Positions 28,463-39,226 are shown, counted from the stretch's first letter. The stretch is 64,000 bases of DNA from Nitrosopumilus sp. (GCA_965197525.1 OZ240211.1:1952001-2016000), one strand, 5' to 3'. The notes: a model not told the origin generated them from the sequence alone. Translations and numbers: made by a program.

Positions 28463-29019
28463 ATCCGAATTTTAAAATTCCATAGTTTTTCTGTAGCTTG
28501 ACTGATACCTACTCTTGGCGATGCAGTTATGCCGTCTGCTTTTATTCCTTTTGATATACATAATCCAGAATCTTTTGTTAAATCAGTGCCATAATGCTGT
28601 TTTGTAATTTTGAGTGCTTGTGTAAGCTTTGCAGGCCCATTTGTCAGATTTTTAAAATCCACACCGCCCCTGTTTTTTTGCATTATCTCTATTCCTTTTT
28701 CAGGCTTAATTGCACGAATCAACACTGCGCCTGCAGCACTTTTCGGATCTCTTGCCACTGCATTAAAACAAAAATACATCCCATAGGTAAAATACACATA
28801 AGCTGATCCTACATCCCCGAACATTATTCTGTTTCTGTCTGTAATTTTGTTAAATGCATGACTTGCAGGATCATCATTATGTCTGTATGCTTCAGTCTCT
28901 GTAATTATTCCTGAGATTTTACGTCTACCAATCTTTCTAATTATCCTCTTTCCTAGGAGGTTTTTTGCCACATCGACTGTATCATGCAGGTAAAACTCCC
29001 TAGGCAGTATCGTATTCAA
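28459..29019 (-). CDS. mpg: DNA-3-methyladenine glycosylase
   Basis: ITETEAY, YVYFTYGMYFCFN, AVLIRA, TNGPAKL, SPRVGIS. Confidence 0.95.
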   Translation of the reverse strand: MNTILPREFYLHDTVDVAKNLLGKRIIRKIGRRKISGIITETEAYRHNDDPASHAFNKITDRNRIMFGDVGSAYVYFTYGMYFCFNAVARDPKSAAGAVLIRAIKPEKGIEIMQKNRGGVDFKNLTNGPAKLTQALKITKQHYGTDLTKDSGLCISKGIKADGITASPRVGISQATEKLWNFKIRI

Positions 29020-29599
29020 CGTCTATTGGTATCGTTTTGTTATTTTTTAACTCTGTGATTAAATCAAATAGTTTTAGAATGTCGTCTTGTAATACGCAGA
29101 CTAGCTCTTGGTTGTATATTGTAGCTGCTGGATGCAGGGTAAGAAAATACAGTTGATTGTCTTTATGTGCTATTTTACCTCTGAATTTTGTAATCTCTGC
29201 ACCCCCTAAAAGCGATTTAAATGCCGTATTTCCTAAAATACAGATTATCTTTGGCTTGATTATTGATATCTCTTCTTTGAGATACTCTTTACATGTGCTC
29301 CTCTCTGTTGTAGTTGGAACTCTGTTCTCTGGAGGTCTGCACTTTACAATATTTGTAATGTATACTTTGTCTCTTGGGATTCCTGCCTTGTCTAATGCTA
29401 ATGTTAGTTGTCTACCTGCTGCACCTACAAATGGCTCCCCTCTGGCATCTTCGTTTCTTCCTGGCGCTTCTCCTACAAAGATTACATCTGATGTTACACT
29501 GCCTTTGCCTGGAACCGCATTCGTTCTAGTCTTGCAAAGATCACATTTTGTACATTTAATGACGTTGTCTGTAACATGTTTGAGTTCTTGATTCTTCAT
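29000..29599 (-). CDS. udg: Family 4 uracil-DNA glycosylase
   Basis: CTKCDLC Fe-S ligands, GEAPG, GEPFVG, KCRPP, HPAA. Confidence 0.95.
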   Translation of the reverse strand: MKNQELKHVTDNVIKCTKCDLCKTRTNAVPGKGSVTSDVIFVGEAPGRNEDARGEPFVGAAGRQLTLALDKAGIPRDKVYITNIVKCRPPENRVPTTTERSTCKEYLKEEISIIKPKIICILGNTAFKSLLGGAEITKFRGKIAHKDNQLYFLTLHPAATIYNQELVCVLQDDILKLFDLITELKNNKTIPIDVEYDTA

Positions 29600-30453
29600 T
29601 TTATCCTCTACGCACAGTTTTTCTTAATCGTTGTTGATTTATTGCTTTTGATCCTGAGTTATGTGAAGTCATCGGAGGCTGAAATCTGTTGAATATGATG
29701 GGTTTGTGCAAAGCACTGACTTCGAGGTCTGGCCTTCACACGAAATAATCTGATATTTTAAACGACTCTGATTGTCACAAACTGTAATGAGTTCAATACC
29801 TTCAGATGTACTGAAACTAATATCGGAACTGACTCGTTGTTATGAAAATCTGACTGATGCGGTAAAGAAGGAAAACAGAAAAAAAGCACTAGATGCAACG
29901 ACTGATGCCATACACATTGAATTAGACATTTCGAGTTGATTATGAATGTATACTAGAATTTTGGTGTAAAATTTGGGATTATGTATATAACTACGCGTTA
30001 TAAAAAAATAGATATGACGTGCAAACTGATACTCGCACTGCCAATCGGCATCTTGATTTGTGTGGTTGTGATATTCTCAGTTGAGGGATCGTGCCAAATC
30101 CTTATCTGCTAGAATCAAGCGGGCTAGGAATCCAATGCTGTAACGATCACGCATGCTACTATGACATAGAGTGGATGGATCTTAGAACGCATTCCAAGAG
30201 TAGGTGCAGACAAACATCCTATACCTGACAAATGGAATTGGCGTGACGATCTCTTAAACTGATTGATATTGTGTATTCTGTTTCTAAAAATTGTGGACTA
30301 TGTAGATGGGCAGACAAGACATGCGGATCTGGCACACGAAGGCGATGATTCCATGACAACGTTAAAAATTTAATCGAGTCATACAAAAAATACTGACCGC
30401 GTCAATTCTCAAAGTAATTAAAGGGCTTTACTAGTAAGGAATCGATAAAGAAT

Positions 30454-32346
30454 TTGCCAAATATTGTAGTTGATACCAGTGTTATCATCAACGGTCAGAT
30501 GATGTCCCAGATCGAATCCGGTTCTCTTAGAAATTCTAAAATTATTATCCCCCAAGTAGTATTTGACGAGTTACAGTCACAGGCATCACAGAAGAAAGAG
30601 AAGGGGTTCCTCGGTTTGGAGAAGATCAAATCTCTCAAATCATTATCTGGCAGTTACGGACTAGATATCACCATATCTGGCATACATCCTTCATATGATG
30701 ATATTCTCCTATCCTCTAATGGAAGAATAGATTCTCTGATAACTGATTTGGCAGAAGAAAACGACGCTACTCTGTACACTTCTGACCGGGCACAACATCT
30801 AGCTGCCCAAGCCAAAGGTATTCCTACAGTATTTCTCAAAACCCTGATTGAATCTGACACACAACTGGAATTTCTCAAATTCTTTGATTCTAATACAATG
30901 AGTGTTCATCTAAAAGAGGACCAATATCCCTTGGGGAAGAGAGGAAAGCCCGGGTCATTTACCCTAGAGCAGCTCAACAATACTATCTTATCCAAAGAGT
31001 ATCTAGAGATGGTATCTTCTCAGATTTTGAATCTTGTAAACATCTCTGACTCTAGTACATTAGAGATATCCCAACTTGGCGCATATGTAGTCCAACACGG
31101 AAACTATCGAATAGCAATCACCCATCCTCCGTTCTCTGATTCCATTGAGATTACTATAGTCCATCCCATCGTACAACTGTCAATTGATGACTATGAAATA
31201 TCTGACAAGCTCATGGAACGGTTCTCTGATCGTGCAGAAGGCATCGTTATATCCGGTGCCCCAGGCTCTGGGAAGAGTACGCTTGCATCAGGACTGGCAA
31301 ACTTTTACCATAAACGTGGCAGGATAGTTAAGACGTTCGAATCCCCTCGCGATCTACAAGTTGACTCTGGCGTGGCTCAATACGGTAAACTGGATGGAAG
31401 TTTTGATAATACCGCTGATATCTTGCTGCTTGTACGCCCCGACTATACGGTATTTGATGAGGTACGGCGACGGGAAGATTTTACAACGTTTGCTGACCTG
31501 CGATTAACTGGGGTAGGGATGGTCGGAGTAGTCCATGCAAATTCTCCCCTTGATGCAATTCAGCGCTTTATCGGAAAGATTGAGCTTGGTATGATCCCAA
31601 GTGTCTTGGATACTGTAGTATTTGTAAAAGATGGCATGATTCACAAAATCTATGATCTGGAACTCAAAGTCAAGGTACCTACAGGCATGACTGAATCTGA
31701 TCTTGCAAGGCCTGTCATCGAAATAAAGAATTTTCAAGATAACGTCTTAGAGCATGAAATTTACACATTTGGAGAGGAAAATGTTATTGTGCCAGTTGAG
31801 AAAAAGATTGACAAGACTGGAATTCAAAGCCTGGCTGAACAAAAAATCAAAGAGATCTTTATGCGGTATGACAGTCAAGCAGAAGTTGAGATACTATCCA
31901 ATGAACGAGTACGAGTCCTAGTAGACGAACACCGAATTGCACCCATCATAGGGAGAGGAGGCTCAAACATCAGCGCCATTGAAAAGTCTCTTAAAATACA
32001 TCTTGATATAGTTCCAAAAAAATCCTCAGATGATGCCGGTAACCATAGTTATAACAACGAATACAACCATAACAATACACATAATCATTCTAACAACCAC
32101 AAGTCCGTACCATCTAACCACCTGCCTTTTACATTCTCAGAGACAAAGACATCTCTGTTGTTTGCCATTGACAAATCTTATGCTTATACACACAGTTCCG
32201 TCTTTGTCAATGACAAATACATCTCTTCTTTCCGTGTAGGGAGAAAAGGACAGATCAAAATTCCAAAACGCTCAAAGTCTGCAAAAGACATTCTAAATCT
32301 TTCATCCTCAAAGCACGATATACAAATAGTTCCTAAAGATTCTTAA
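30454..32346 (+). CDS. PIN domain-P-loop ATPase-KH protein (PINA type)
   Basis: VVDTSV PIN start, Walker A GAPGSGKST, FDEVRR, KH motif IIGRGGSNI. Confidence 0.92.
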   Translation: MPNIVVDTSVIINGQMMSQIESGSLRNSKIIIPQVVFDELQSQASQKKEKGFLGLEKIKSLKSLSGSYGLDITISGIHPSYDDILLSSNGRIDSLITDLAEENDATLYTSDRAQHLAAQAKGIPTVFLKTLIESDTQLEFLKFFDSNTMSVHLKEDQYPLGKRGKPGSFTLEQLNNTILSKEYLEMVSSQILNLVNISDSSTLEISQLGAYVVQHGNYRIAITHPPFSDSIEITIVHPIVQLSIDDYEISDKLMERFSDRAEGIVISGAPGSGKSTLASGLANFYHKRGRIVKTFESPRDLQVDSGVAQYGKLDGSFDNTADILLLVRPDYTVFDEVRRREDFTTFADLRLTGVGMVGVVHANSPLDAIQRFIGKIELGMIPSVLDTVVFVKDGMIHKIYDLELKVKVPTGMTESDLARPVIEIKNFQDNVLEHEIYTFGEENVIVPVEKKIDKTGIQSLAEQKIKEIFMRYDSQAEVEILSNERVRVLVDEHRIAPIIGRGGSNISAIEKSLKIHLDIVPKKSSDDAGNHSYNNEYNHNNTHNHSNNHKSVPSNHLPFTFSETKTSLLFAIDKSYAYTHSSVFVNDKYISSFRVGRKGQIKIPKRSKSAKDILNLSSSKHDIQIVPKDS

Positions 32347-32800
32347 AGTTCTCTATAATCTTTGGGTCTGCCTTGAGAAACGTAATGAACTTTCGTAGCT
32401 GTTTGATAGTCTTTGGATTAAGATGATGCTCTATTCCCTCAGTGTCCTGATTTGCAGTATCAAACTCTACTCCTAGAATCTCAAAAAACTCCAAGAGTAT
32501 CCCGTGTTTTTGCCGTATCCCCTCTGCTATACGTCTACCTTTATCTGTAAGATTGATACCGTGATACTTTTCATATTCCAAAAACCCGTTCTCATCTAAT
32601 CTTTGTAACATCTTTGTGACGCTAGGTGCACTAACGTGCATGTATCGTGAAATGTCAAGTGTGGTAGCATACCCTTTTAACTCTACTAACTCTGAGATTA
32701 TCTCTAGATAGTCCTCTTCTACTCGCGTACTAGAACGGGTTCTCTCTGTTTGGTGTGCTGCCTTGATTGAGTCTAATCTCTTTGAATCCTTGGCTTTCAT
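32333..32800 (-). CDS. DtxR/MntR family metal-dependent regulator
   Basis: EDYLEII, VSAPSVTKML, RQKHGILLEF, EGIEHH. Confidence 0.93.
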   Translation of the reverse strand: MKAKDSKRLDSIKAAHQTERTRSSTRVEEDYLEIISELVELKGYATTLDISRYMHVSAPSVTKMLQRLDENGFLEYEKYHGINLTDKGRRIAEGIRQKHGILLEFFEILGVEFDTANQDTEGIEHHLNPKTIKQLRKFITFLKADPKIIENFKNL

Positions 32801-32846
32801 TTTTATGTAATATGTGGGATGAATCTAGTATATTTTGTTGTGGGAA

Positions 32847-34178
32847 TTATATACATGAGTAATCATCTCTCATGTCTTTTCTTGGCGCTCTGAAAAAATC
32901 AAACGGCTTCTCGTCAGAAGAACCTTCTCTGGTTGACGGATTCAAACCGTCCCCGTTTTTGCGCCTATAGACGACCATCCCGGCCGCCTTGGCAGCAATG
33001 TTGTATGCTGCGTTGACGTCTGCGTTTGTTTTGTAATTGCATGTTGTACACTCAAACCTACTTTGAGTGATACGTGACTTTCTGTCCATTCTACCACATA
33101 GACTGCACGTCTGCGAGGTGTAACGTGCGTTGATGTCTATTAGTGGGCTACCGTGTTTCTCACAGGAGTTTTTTATTCTGGTTACAAGTGCACCAATCCT
33201 GGAATAGCGCATCTCTCTGTTCAATCCCTTTTTGTAGGAACCGCCTCTTTTTGTCATGGCCTTCAAGTTCAATGTTTCTAGGGCTACCATATCAGCATCT
33301 TTGGTTATCTTGGCAGCAGTCTCTCGCTCAAAGTTGTCTTGGCGGTTCATAATTTTGCGGTATTTGCGATTGATACGTCTTGATATGTCTTTGTAGGTTC
33401 TAGAGAATTTACGTTTCTTTGAGCGTTTGGTTTTTAGTTTGTCTATTTGATCACCTTTGTGACGTCTTGTATCCTGTGGTAAGTCATGAAATTCAGATGA
33501 TTTTGATGGCAATTCCATAACAGTTGCAGGGTGTACGATACCAACATCCACACCTCGTGTAACAGGATTGGCTGGTAATCCTCTTACGGGCGTAGGCACT
33601 GCTATCTGTATGTGCAACTTGTATGTGCGTTGGTATGGTTTGGTAAAACGGCTATGCTTTTTGGTGGTCTCTACAAGCATAAAGGATCGCATGTCCCCTG
33701 CAGGCAACGATTCTTTGAGGCAGATGGTTCCTATACCTGGCAAGTACAAGGAATCATCAGGACGATAACGTGGAGGATCATACGAGACAAGGGTGCGTTG
33801 CCGTGTCTTGAACAGTGTAAGAGGATTCTTGTAACCTTTGCGTGTACGGTTGGCAGACAAAAATTGCAGTACTGCATCACGTCCTGCAGCAGTATATGGA
33901 CGTTGAATGGATACCTTGACATTTAGACCTAGACGTCTGCGTACCTTGATAAGTTGTTTCCAAGAGTCAAATTTTGATGGAATTTCGTTATTCTTTTGGT
34001 TGGAATCATATGCATGTGCAACAGACAGGTTGTACACGTCCTTGCACTCAGTCAGTGTCTCATGTATCTTCTCGGAGATGGCGGGGTCTTGGTAAAAATC
34101 TAATTTGTATGTAAGTATCAACAAACAAGTATTTTCTTTAGATTGTAAAAAGATTGCTAATGAGTCTAGTCTACTCAA
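32847..34178 (-). CDS. tnpB: TnpB RNA-guided endonuclease (IS200/IS605 or IS607 type); no tnpA adjacent
   Basis: RuvC-I GVDVG, RuvC-II ALETL, TSQTCSLC...FECTTC Zn finger, RuvC-III NADVNAAYNI. Confidence 0.93.
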   Translation of the reverse strand: MSRLDSLAIFLQSKENTCLLILTYKLDFYQDPAISEKIHETLTECKDVYNLSVAHAYDSNQKNNEIPSKFDSWKQLIKVRRRLGLNVKVSIQRPYTAAGRDAVLQFLSANRTRKGYKNPLTLFKTRQRTLVSYDPPRYRPDDSLYLPGIGTICLKESLPAGDMRSFMLVETTKKHSRFTKPYQRTYKLHIQIAVPTPVRGLPANPVTRGVDVGIVHPATVMELPSKSSEFHDLPQDTRRHKGDQIDKLKTKRSKKRKFSRTYKDISRRINRKYRKIMNRQDNFERETAAKITKDADMVALETLNLKAMTKRGGSYKKGLNREMRYSRIGALVTRIKNSCEKHGSPLIDINARYTSQTCSLCGRMDRKSRITQSRFECTTCNYKTNADVNAAYNIAAKAAGMVVYRRKNGDGLNPSTREGSSDEKPFDFFRAPRKDMRDDYSCI

Positions 34179-34504
34179 ATATATAATCCCCTTTATTGTC
34201 CTTTTCTAATCTTGTATTGTCGTAATGGTAGTGTTTTTGATAGATGATTTGTACTGTGTAACACGCATTACCAGTATTTCTGCCTAATTAAAACACAAGT
34301 CCGGGTATTGCATCGTACTTTGATATCTTGTTTTGTTATGGTATGGGTGAGCTTGTCGCATTATCATTTACTGTACCGGCCATGCGTCATTGTCAGGACA
34401 TATTGACTCTAATCATATTTGATTTTGTTTAGTTACTCTTTGTTGACTTGAGTGTTATCGTAGTTGATCTTTGAATCTTAACTAATTATTCACTAATCAA
34501 CATT

Positions 34505-34855
34505 ATGGCAGATTCATTAAAAAATCGGCTCGATGAGTTAAAAAAGATATCCTCATCTGCACAACGTAGGGCAACCCTGTACAGTGAGATTACTAGTATT
34601 GATGATAAACATACTGCGCGTTCACTAAGTGTGTTACAAAAAGCTCCTGCCCCTGGCAAGAAACTCCAAAAGATTGGATTTTTAATGTTGTGGGTTCCTG
34701 AGCCTACTGGTGTGACCTGTGCGATAGGGGGACCTATGATCGTTGCAGGGCGATACCTTGATAAAAAATACAACGGCTCAACACTTCACGATATCGGTGC
34801 TCAGACCAAACATACGGTCTCATCGATTCGAGACTTTAAGAACACTGTAATGTGA
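34505..34855 (+). CDS. Hypothetical protein
   Basis: 116-aa ORF; central WVPEPTGVTCAIGG. Confidence 0.75.
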   Translation: MADSLKNRLDELKKISSSAQRRATLYSEITSIDDKHTARSLSVLQKAPAPGKKLQKIGFLMLWVPEPTGVTCAIGGPMIVAGRYLDKKYNGSTLHDIGAQTKHTVSSIRDFKNTVM

Positions 34856-34897
34856 TCATTCTTTTAGGTTTTTAAAAGGAGTACGGTAAATCAGTGC

Positions 34898-35389
34898 ATG
34901 ACTACAAGAGCTCAGGCGTTGGTTCCAATCACCATCGCAGCAGTGATTATAGGTGTTATTGGCCTGTTGACTCTTCCAAGTGACAGTAAACTAGAGTCTG
35001 TGGCATTTCCTATGGGTACCATTACAGTTGATGGGATTCCACTACAGGTCCAAATCGCAGACTCTGAACCTAGACGTACACGTGGGTTGATGTTCCAAGA
35101 TCCATTACCATACGATCAGGGAATGATCTTTGTATTTTCAGAACCTGGAATTTACTCATTTTGGATGCTGAACCTACAATTTCCTTTGGACATTATATGG
35201 TTTGATGCTCAAGGACGCGTAGTACACATAATAGAGGATGCACCGCCTTGCAAGACTACCGTGGAGCTTGTGGCATGCGAGAGTATGGTTCCTGACGTTG
35301 AGGCGTTATACGTCCTTGAGGTAACCTCTGGCTTTGTCAAGGAGAACAACATCACTAAAGATTCTATGCTGAGTATAATCTCTATATAG
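34898..35389 (+). CDS. DUF192 family protein
   Basis: IAD...RTRGLMFQ...GMIFVF...FWM..LQFPLDIIW...YVLEV. Confidence 0.9.
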   Translation: MTTRAQALVPITIAAVIIGVIGLLTLPSDSKLESVAFPMGTITVDGIPLQVQIADSEPRRTRGLMFQDPLPYDQGMIFVFSEPGIYSFWMLNLQFPLDIIWFDAQGRVVHIIEDAPPCKTTVELVACESMVPDVEALYVLEVTSGFVKENNITKDSMLSIISI

Positions 35390-35422
35390 TACTGCAAAAC
35401 CTTATCTTGGAATGTATCTCAC

Positions 35423-36067
35423 ATGATTATAATGAAAAAGATGCCCCTACTTGTCATTATCATTGTTGGAATTATTCTAGCTGTATCCTTGATCTCGTTT
35501 TATTCTACATCTACATCAGTCAGCGAATCAGATGATGTAAAACCCATTAATTTTATCTATTTTGACATTGATGAGATTTATGAAATTCTTCTCGCAGAAG
35601 ATATTCTCATATCCACCCCGATTCCCATAACTGATCATACTATAGATCAGTACTGTTCATATATTGACAGACAAAATATCAAGAGATCCGTACCTTACTG
35701 TCTTACCACTGCATTGATTAATCCTGATGGTACAGCATTGGGAAATCTGAACATGGGAGGAAATCCGATCACCCCTGTAGTTGCATTATCAATTCTTGAG
35801 GTTCCGTCACTTGATTCATATTCTGATGAGGTTGCATTTGTATTTCAAACCATGATTGATACACTTGTCTGTGACTGTTGGGCTAGTCAACAACCGGGTG
35901 GTTTTGAATCAGTATCTGCATGGATTGACGCTGCCAAACAAGAGCATATCAAATCTCCTCAAACCACTTTAAAATCAAAGATTGACGATTTGGCCCAAAA
36001 ACAGATTGTCTTGGAGATTACTGCCATTGAGGATTCGTATCTCTTTACATTTGTTATCATCGTGTAA
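35423..36067 (+). CDS. Exported/membrane-anchored hypothetical protein
   Basis: N-terminal hydrophobic segment and several Cys. Confidence 0.75.
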   Translation: MIIMKKMPLLVIIIVGIILAVSLISFYSTSTSVSESDDVKPINFIYFDIDEIYEILLAEDILISTPIPITDHTIDQYCSYIDRQNIKRSVPYCLTTALINPDGTALGNLNMGGNPITPVVALSILEVPSLDSYSDEVAFVFQTMIDTLVCDCWASQQPGGFESVSAWIDAAKQEHIKSPQTTLKSKIDDLAQKQIVLEITAIEDSYLFTFVIIV

Positions 36068-36086
36068 TTAAATACTCTAAAATTCA

Positions 36087-36878
36087 TTGGTTGTTAATAT
36101 AATGATTGATCAGCTATGGCTTGTTCCTTTAGGGTTTGCAGCCGGAGTATTAGGCTCGATGCTTGGCTTGGGTGGCGGAGTGATCATTGTGCCTGTACTG
36201 ACATTTTTAGGATTCTCGCCTACTCTATCTGCAAGTAATAGCTTGTTTGCTGCCTTGAGTAACGCTGTGGGTTCTACCATCTCGTATTCTAGACAAAAGC
36301 GAATTGACTACTCTCTAGGCATAAAACTTGGGCTGCTTTGCATTCCTGGAACCATTTTAGGTGCCATTATCTCAGATGACGTATCTCCTGCTCTTTTCAA
36401 GGTTTTGTTCGGCTTGCTGATGATTGCAATGGCAGTGTATATCTTTTTGAAAAAACAAGAGGGCGAATCCCGGGAGAAGGTTCTCTCAAAACAGATAATG
36501 ATTCTTGCTGTAGGTTCTAGTTTCTTTGCAGGGATAATATCCTCATTTTTTGGAGTTGGTGGCGGGGTTGTCTTTGTACCCTTGATGGTTATTGGAATGG
36601 GGATGGCAATAAAGAGAGCTGCCCCCACATCTCAGCTAATACTGTTATTTGCTACTCTATCTGGAGTTACGGTTCATAGCTTATTGGGGCATCCTGACTT
36701 TCTTCAAGCCGGTCTGCTAGCTGCTGGTTCTTTTGTTGGTGGATTGGTGGGTGGGAGATTATCCTGCAAGATTAAAGAGAGATCTCTGAGAATTCTCTTC
36801 TTTGCTGTATTTTTGGTAATTGCTGCAAAACTATTTTTTGATTCTACAGTCGAGAGTACTACCATACTTGGTTTTTAA
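36087..36878 (+). CDS. TauE/SafE family sulfite exporter
   Basis: Duplicated GLGGGVIIVP / GVGGGVVFVP motifs; multi-pass membrane protein. Confidence 0.92.
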   Translation: MVVNIMIDQLWLVPLGFAAGVLGSMLGLGGGVIIVPVLTFLGFSPTLSASNSLFAALSNAVGSTISYSRQKRIDYSLGIKLGLLCIPGTILGAIISDDVSPALFKVLFGLLMIAMAVYIFLKKQEGESREKVLSKQIMILAVGSSFFAGIISSFFGVGGGVVFVPLMVIGMGMAIKRAAPTSQLILLFATLSGVTVHSLLGHPDFLQAGLLAAGSFVGGLVGGRLSCKIKERSLRILFFAVFLVIAAKLFFDSTVESTTILGF

Positions 36879-36977
36879 TTTGAATATTTTTTTATGGGTA
36901 TTTATTTGAGTCAAGCAATTGCACTGATACACAAAATAAGGCATTCTAAACTGTTTACATATACATACATCTGTAAT

Positions 36978-37433
36978 CTATCTTGGTGGCTCTTTTTTGA
37001 TTTTATAGATATTCTTTTTTGAGATTACTATAACTTGATCATCTCTGTCTGTTCCCTGATAATCAACTACAATCTTCCCGTACTCTTCATCGATATCCTC
37101 TTTTGCAGAGACCGTGAACTTTAATTTCAAGACTTGATCAGAGTAAAATGGTTTGAGAAACCGTGTGTTTCTGTTCTCCCATTCCGAGTCCCCGTCTGTC
37201 CCGCTAAAGATTATGTGATTTCCGTATATCTGACTCAGTCTTGTAAACTCTCCTTCCATCCTTGATAGTATGGCTCTTCCTGAGATTAATTTTTGCTCGC
37301 CATGTCTATTGCTGTCTTCTAAAAATGCATTTTTTACTCTGGAGAATCTGAGATACTCTTCTAACTCTTTTTCTGATATGCTACACGTTGAATAAAACGC
37401 ATCGCCTACCCTGAATTCTGAGAATTTTTTCAT
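36978..37433 (-). CDS. Hot-dog fold (MaoC-like) hypothetical protein
   Basis: RFLKPFYSDQVLKLKFTV motif; directly downstream of the SDR gene. Confidence 0.6.
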   Translation of the reverse strand: MKKFSEFRVGDAFYSTCSISEKELEEYLRFSRVKNAFLEDSNRHGEQKLISGRAILSRMEGEFTRLSQIYGNHIIFSGTDGDSEWENRNTRFLKPFYSDQVLKLKFTVSAKEDIDEEYGKIVVDYQGTDRDDQVIVISKKNIYKIKKEPPR

Positions 37434-37435
37434 TT

Positions 37436-39226
37436 TTATCTTGACTCGTCAACGCAAAAGATCACTTCTGATGACGATGATGCCGAGGATGACGAATCAT
37501 TAGATGTTAGCAAGTTCAACACATCTGCAATTCTCTGGTTTTCAGGCTCAGAGCCTGTCACTGAGCCTGGAAATACCGTAAATAGCCTGATCTTTGATGC
37601 TAACACATCGCTTAACTCTTGGTTGAGGGTTACTGTAAATGGTCGTAACGCGCCTCTGAATAACTCTACTTGGGCTCTTTGTGTTCCGGTCACCTTTCTT
37701 CCGATGGGTAAATCAGGACCTATCACCATGATTGCACCTTTGGCATCTTTGTAAAGACGAGGATCCTCGTCTCCTCCTGGAACGAATTGGTTTAATGCTC
37801 TTTGCGTTACATTTGCAGGCGTAGTTACAAATTTTGCAACTAGGTTGTCCCATTGGGTCCTTGACTGTTCTGTTATCTTTTCTATTTTAGGCACTTGTCC
37901 TGTAACGTGAACCACTGCTAGTATATCGCCGATGTTAGTCTTTGCAGTATCTAGCCATCTCTGTACCTGATCTTTGTCTGCTATATCGACAATATGTGAA
38001 TGGAATTTACTACTAATGTACTCTTGGAGATGTGCGGGTGTGGACTGTGAGATAAAGCATGCTACCTTTCCTCCGTTCTTTTCAACATGCTGCGCTAAAA
38101 ATTCTACTCGTTGTGCATCAGTCTCTGCTGTTGCATCAATTGTAAAGACCACTGCCCTTCCTGCAAAGTCTGGCTGGTTGACTAGAGGTGCTGCTGTAGT
38201 TTTGATATGTGGTTTTACTGGATAAAACACTCTGTCTCCTGGAATTACTTTGCCGTTTAGAATTTTTGCTATCTCATCATCACATAGATTCAGAACTGAT
38301 TCTGAAACTTGTCCTTGTGATAGAAACTCTTGATTTGCTATCATATGTGACGTATTTTTTTGTATCTTTTCAGCTATAATCTGAATCTTGTCTAGCAGAT
38401 TCGTAAATGTAGTCTCAAGTTTGGCTGAATCGTTTTGCTGTGTTGCTAGTTTTTGTGCAGCGGTTTTGATTCCATTTTTGATGACATCCTCGTTTTCCCC
38501 TAAGAGTGGCAGTAGTTCTTTGTTTGCAGCATTTACCTGTGTAGGATTCAAATCTTCAAATCCACTTACTCTCATAAACTCTGATGCAGCTTTTGGATAT
38601 ACTGTTTTGTAAATTCTATCAGAGTGAACAGGGCCAGGATTTGTTGCAATTGAGATAATCCCTCGTTCTGTCAATTCCCATGACATTAGCTCTGCCAATC
38701 TGTTTTTGGCTCCTTGGGATGCAGTGTATGGAGTTCTAAACCTGTATGGTCTTTGTTCTAGTGGGCGTTCTTCTGTAAAGAATGTTGAAATTGTTATAAT
38801 CTTTCCGCCAGATTTCATTACCTTTAATGCTTGAACTGATCCCCAAAAGGTTCCTGTAAGATGTATATCAACAGTACTCTTAAAATCATCCATAGACGCA
38901 TTAGCAAAACATGTTACGGGACCTGAAACTCCTGCATTGTTTACCATATAGTCTACTGTTACATTATCTTTGTCTAGTGTATCAAACATACTATTCATTG
39001 CCGTTTCATCACCCACATCTACTCCTGAGAAAATTCTGACTGATGCTTTGCTATCTCTCTTTGAGATTATTTCTTTGAGCATTGTTGATGTTTCTTCTAA
39101 CGGCTCTCTTCTTCTTCCAAGGATTATCACACTTGCGCCATTTTCAACAAACCTTTTTGCTATGGCCTGACCTATACCGGTCCCACTCCCGGTGATTAGT
39201 GCAGTTTTATCTTGGAATTTTAACAT
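37436..39226 (-). CDS. Large two-module SDR family oxidoreductase
   Basis: ITGSGTGIG, NNAGVSGP, PYTASQGAK, TNPGPV; a second degenerate Rossmann-like half. Confidence 0.88.
   Translation of the reverse strand: MLKFQDKTALITGSGTGIGQAIAKRFVENGASVIILGRRREPLEETSTMLKEIISKRDSKASVRIFSGVDVGDETAMNSMFDTLDKDNVTVDYMVNNAGVSGPVTCFANASMDDFKSTVDIHLTGTFWGSVQALKVMKSGGKIITISTFFTEERPLEQRPYRFRTPYTASQGAKNRLAELMSWELTERGIISIATNPGPVHSDRIYKTVYPKAASEFMRVSGFEDLNPTQVNAANKELLPLLGENEDVIKNGIKTAAQKLATQQNDSAKLETTFTNLLDKIQIIAEKIQKNTSHMIANQEFLSQGQVSESVLNLCDDEIAKILNGKVIPGDRVFYPVKPHIKTTAAPLVNQPDFAGRAVVFTIDATAETDAQRVEFLAQHVEKNGGKVACFISQSTPAHLQEYISSKFHSHIVDIADKDQVQRWLDTAKTNIGDILAVVHVTGQVPKIEKITEQSRTQWDNLVAKFVTTPANVTQRALNQFVPGGDEDPRLYKDAKGAIMVIGPDLPIGRKVTGTQRAQVELFRGALRPFTVTLNQELSDVLASKIRLFTVFPGSVTGSEPENQRIADVLNLLTSNDSSSSASSSSEVIFCVDESR

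Noticed and set aside
29787-29939. 50-aa ORF MSSIPSDVLKLISEL... in the udg-PINA intergenic region
   Set aside because: No recognisable motif or supporting context; cannot be distinguished from an eroded fragment without a homology search
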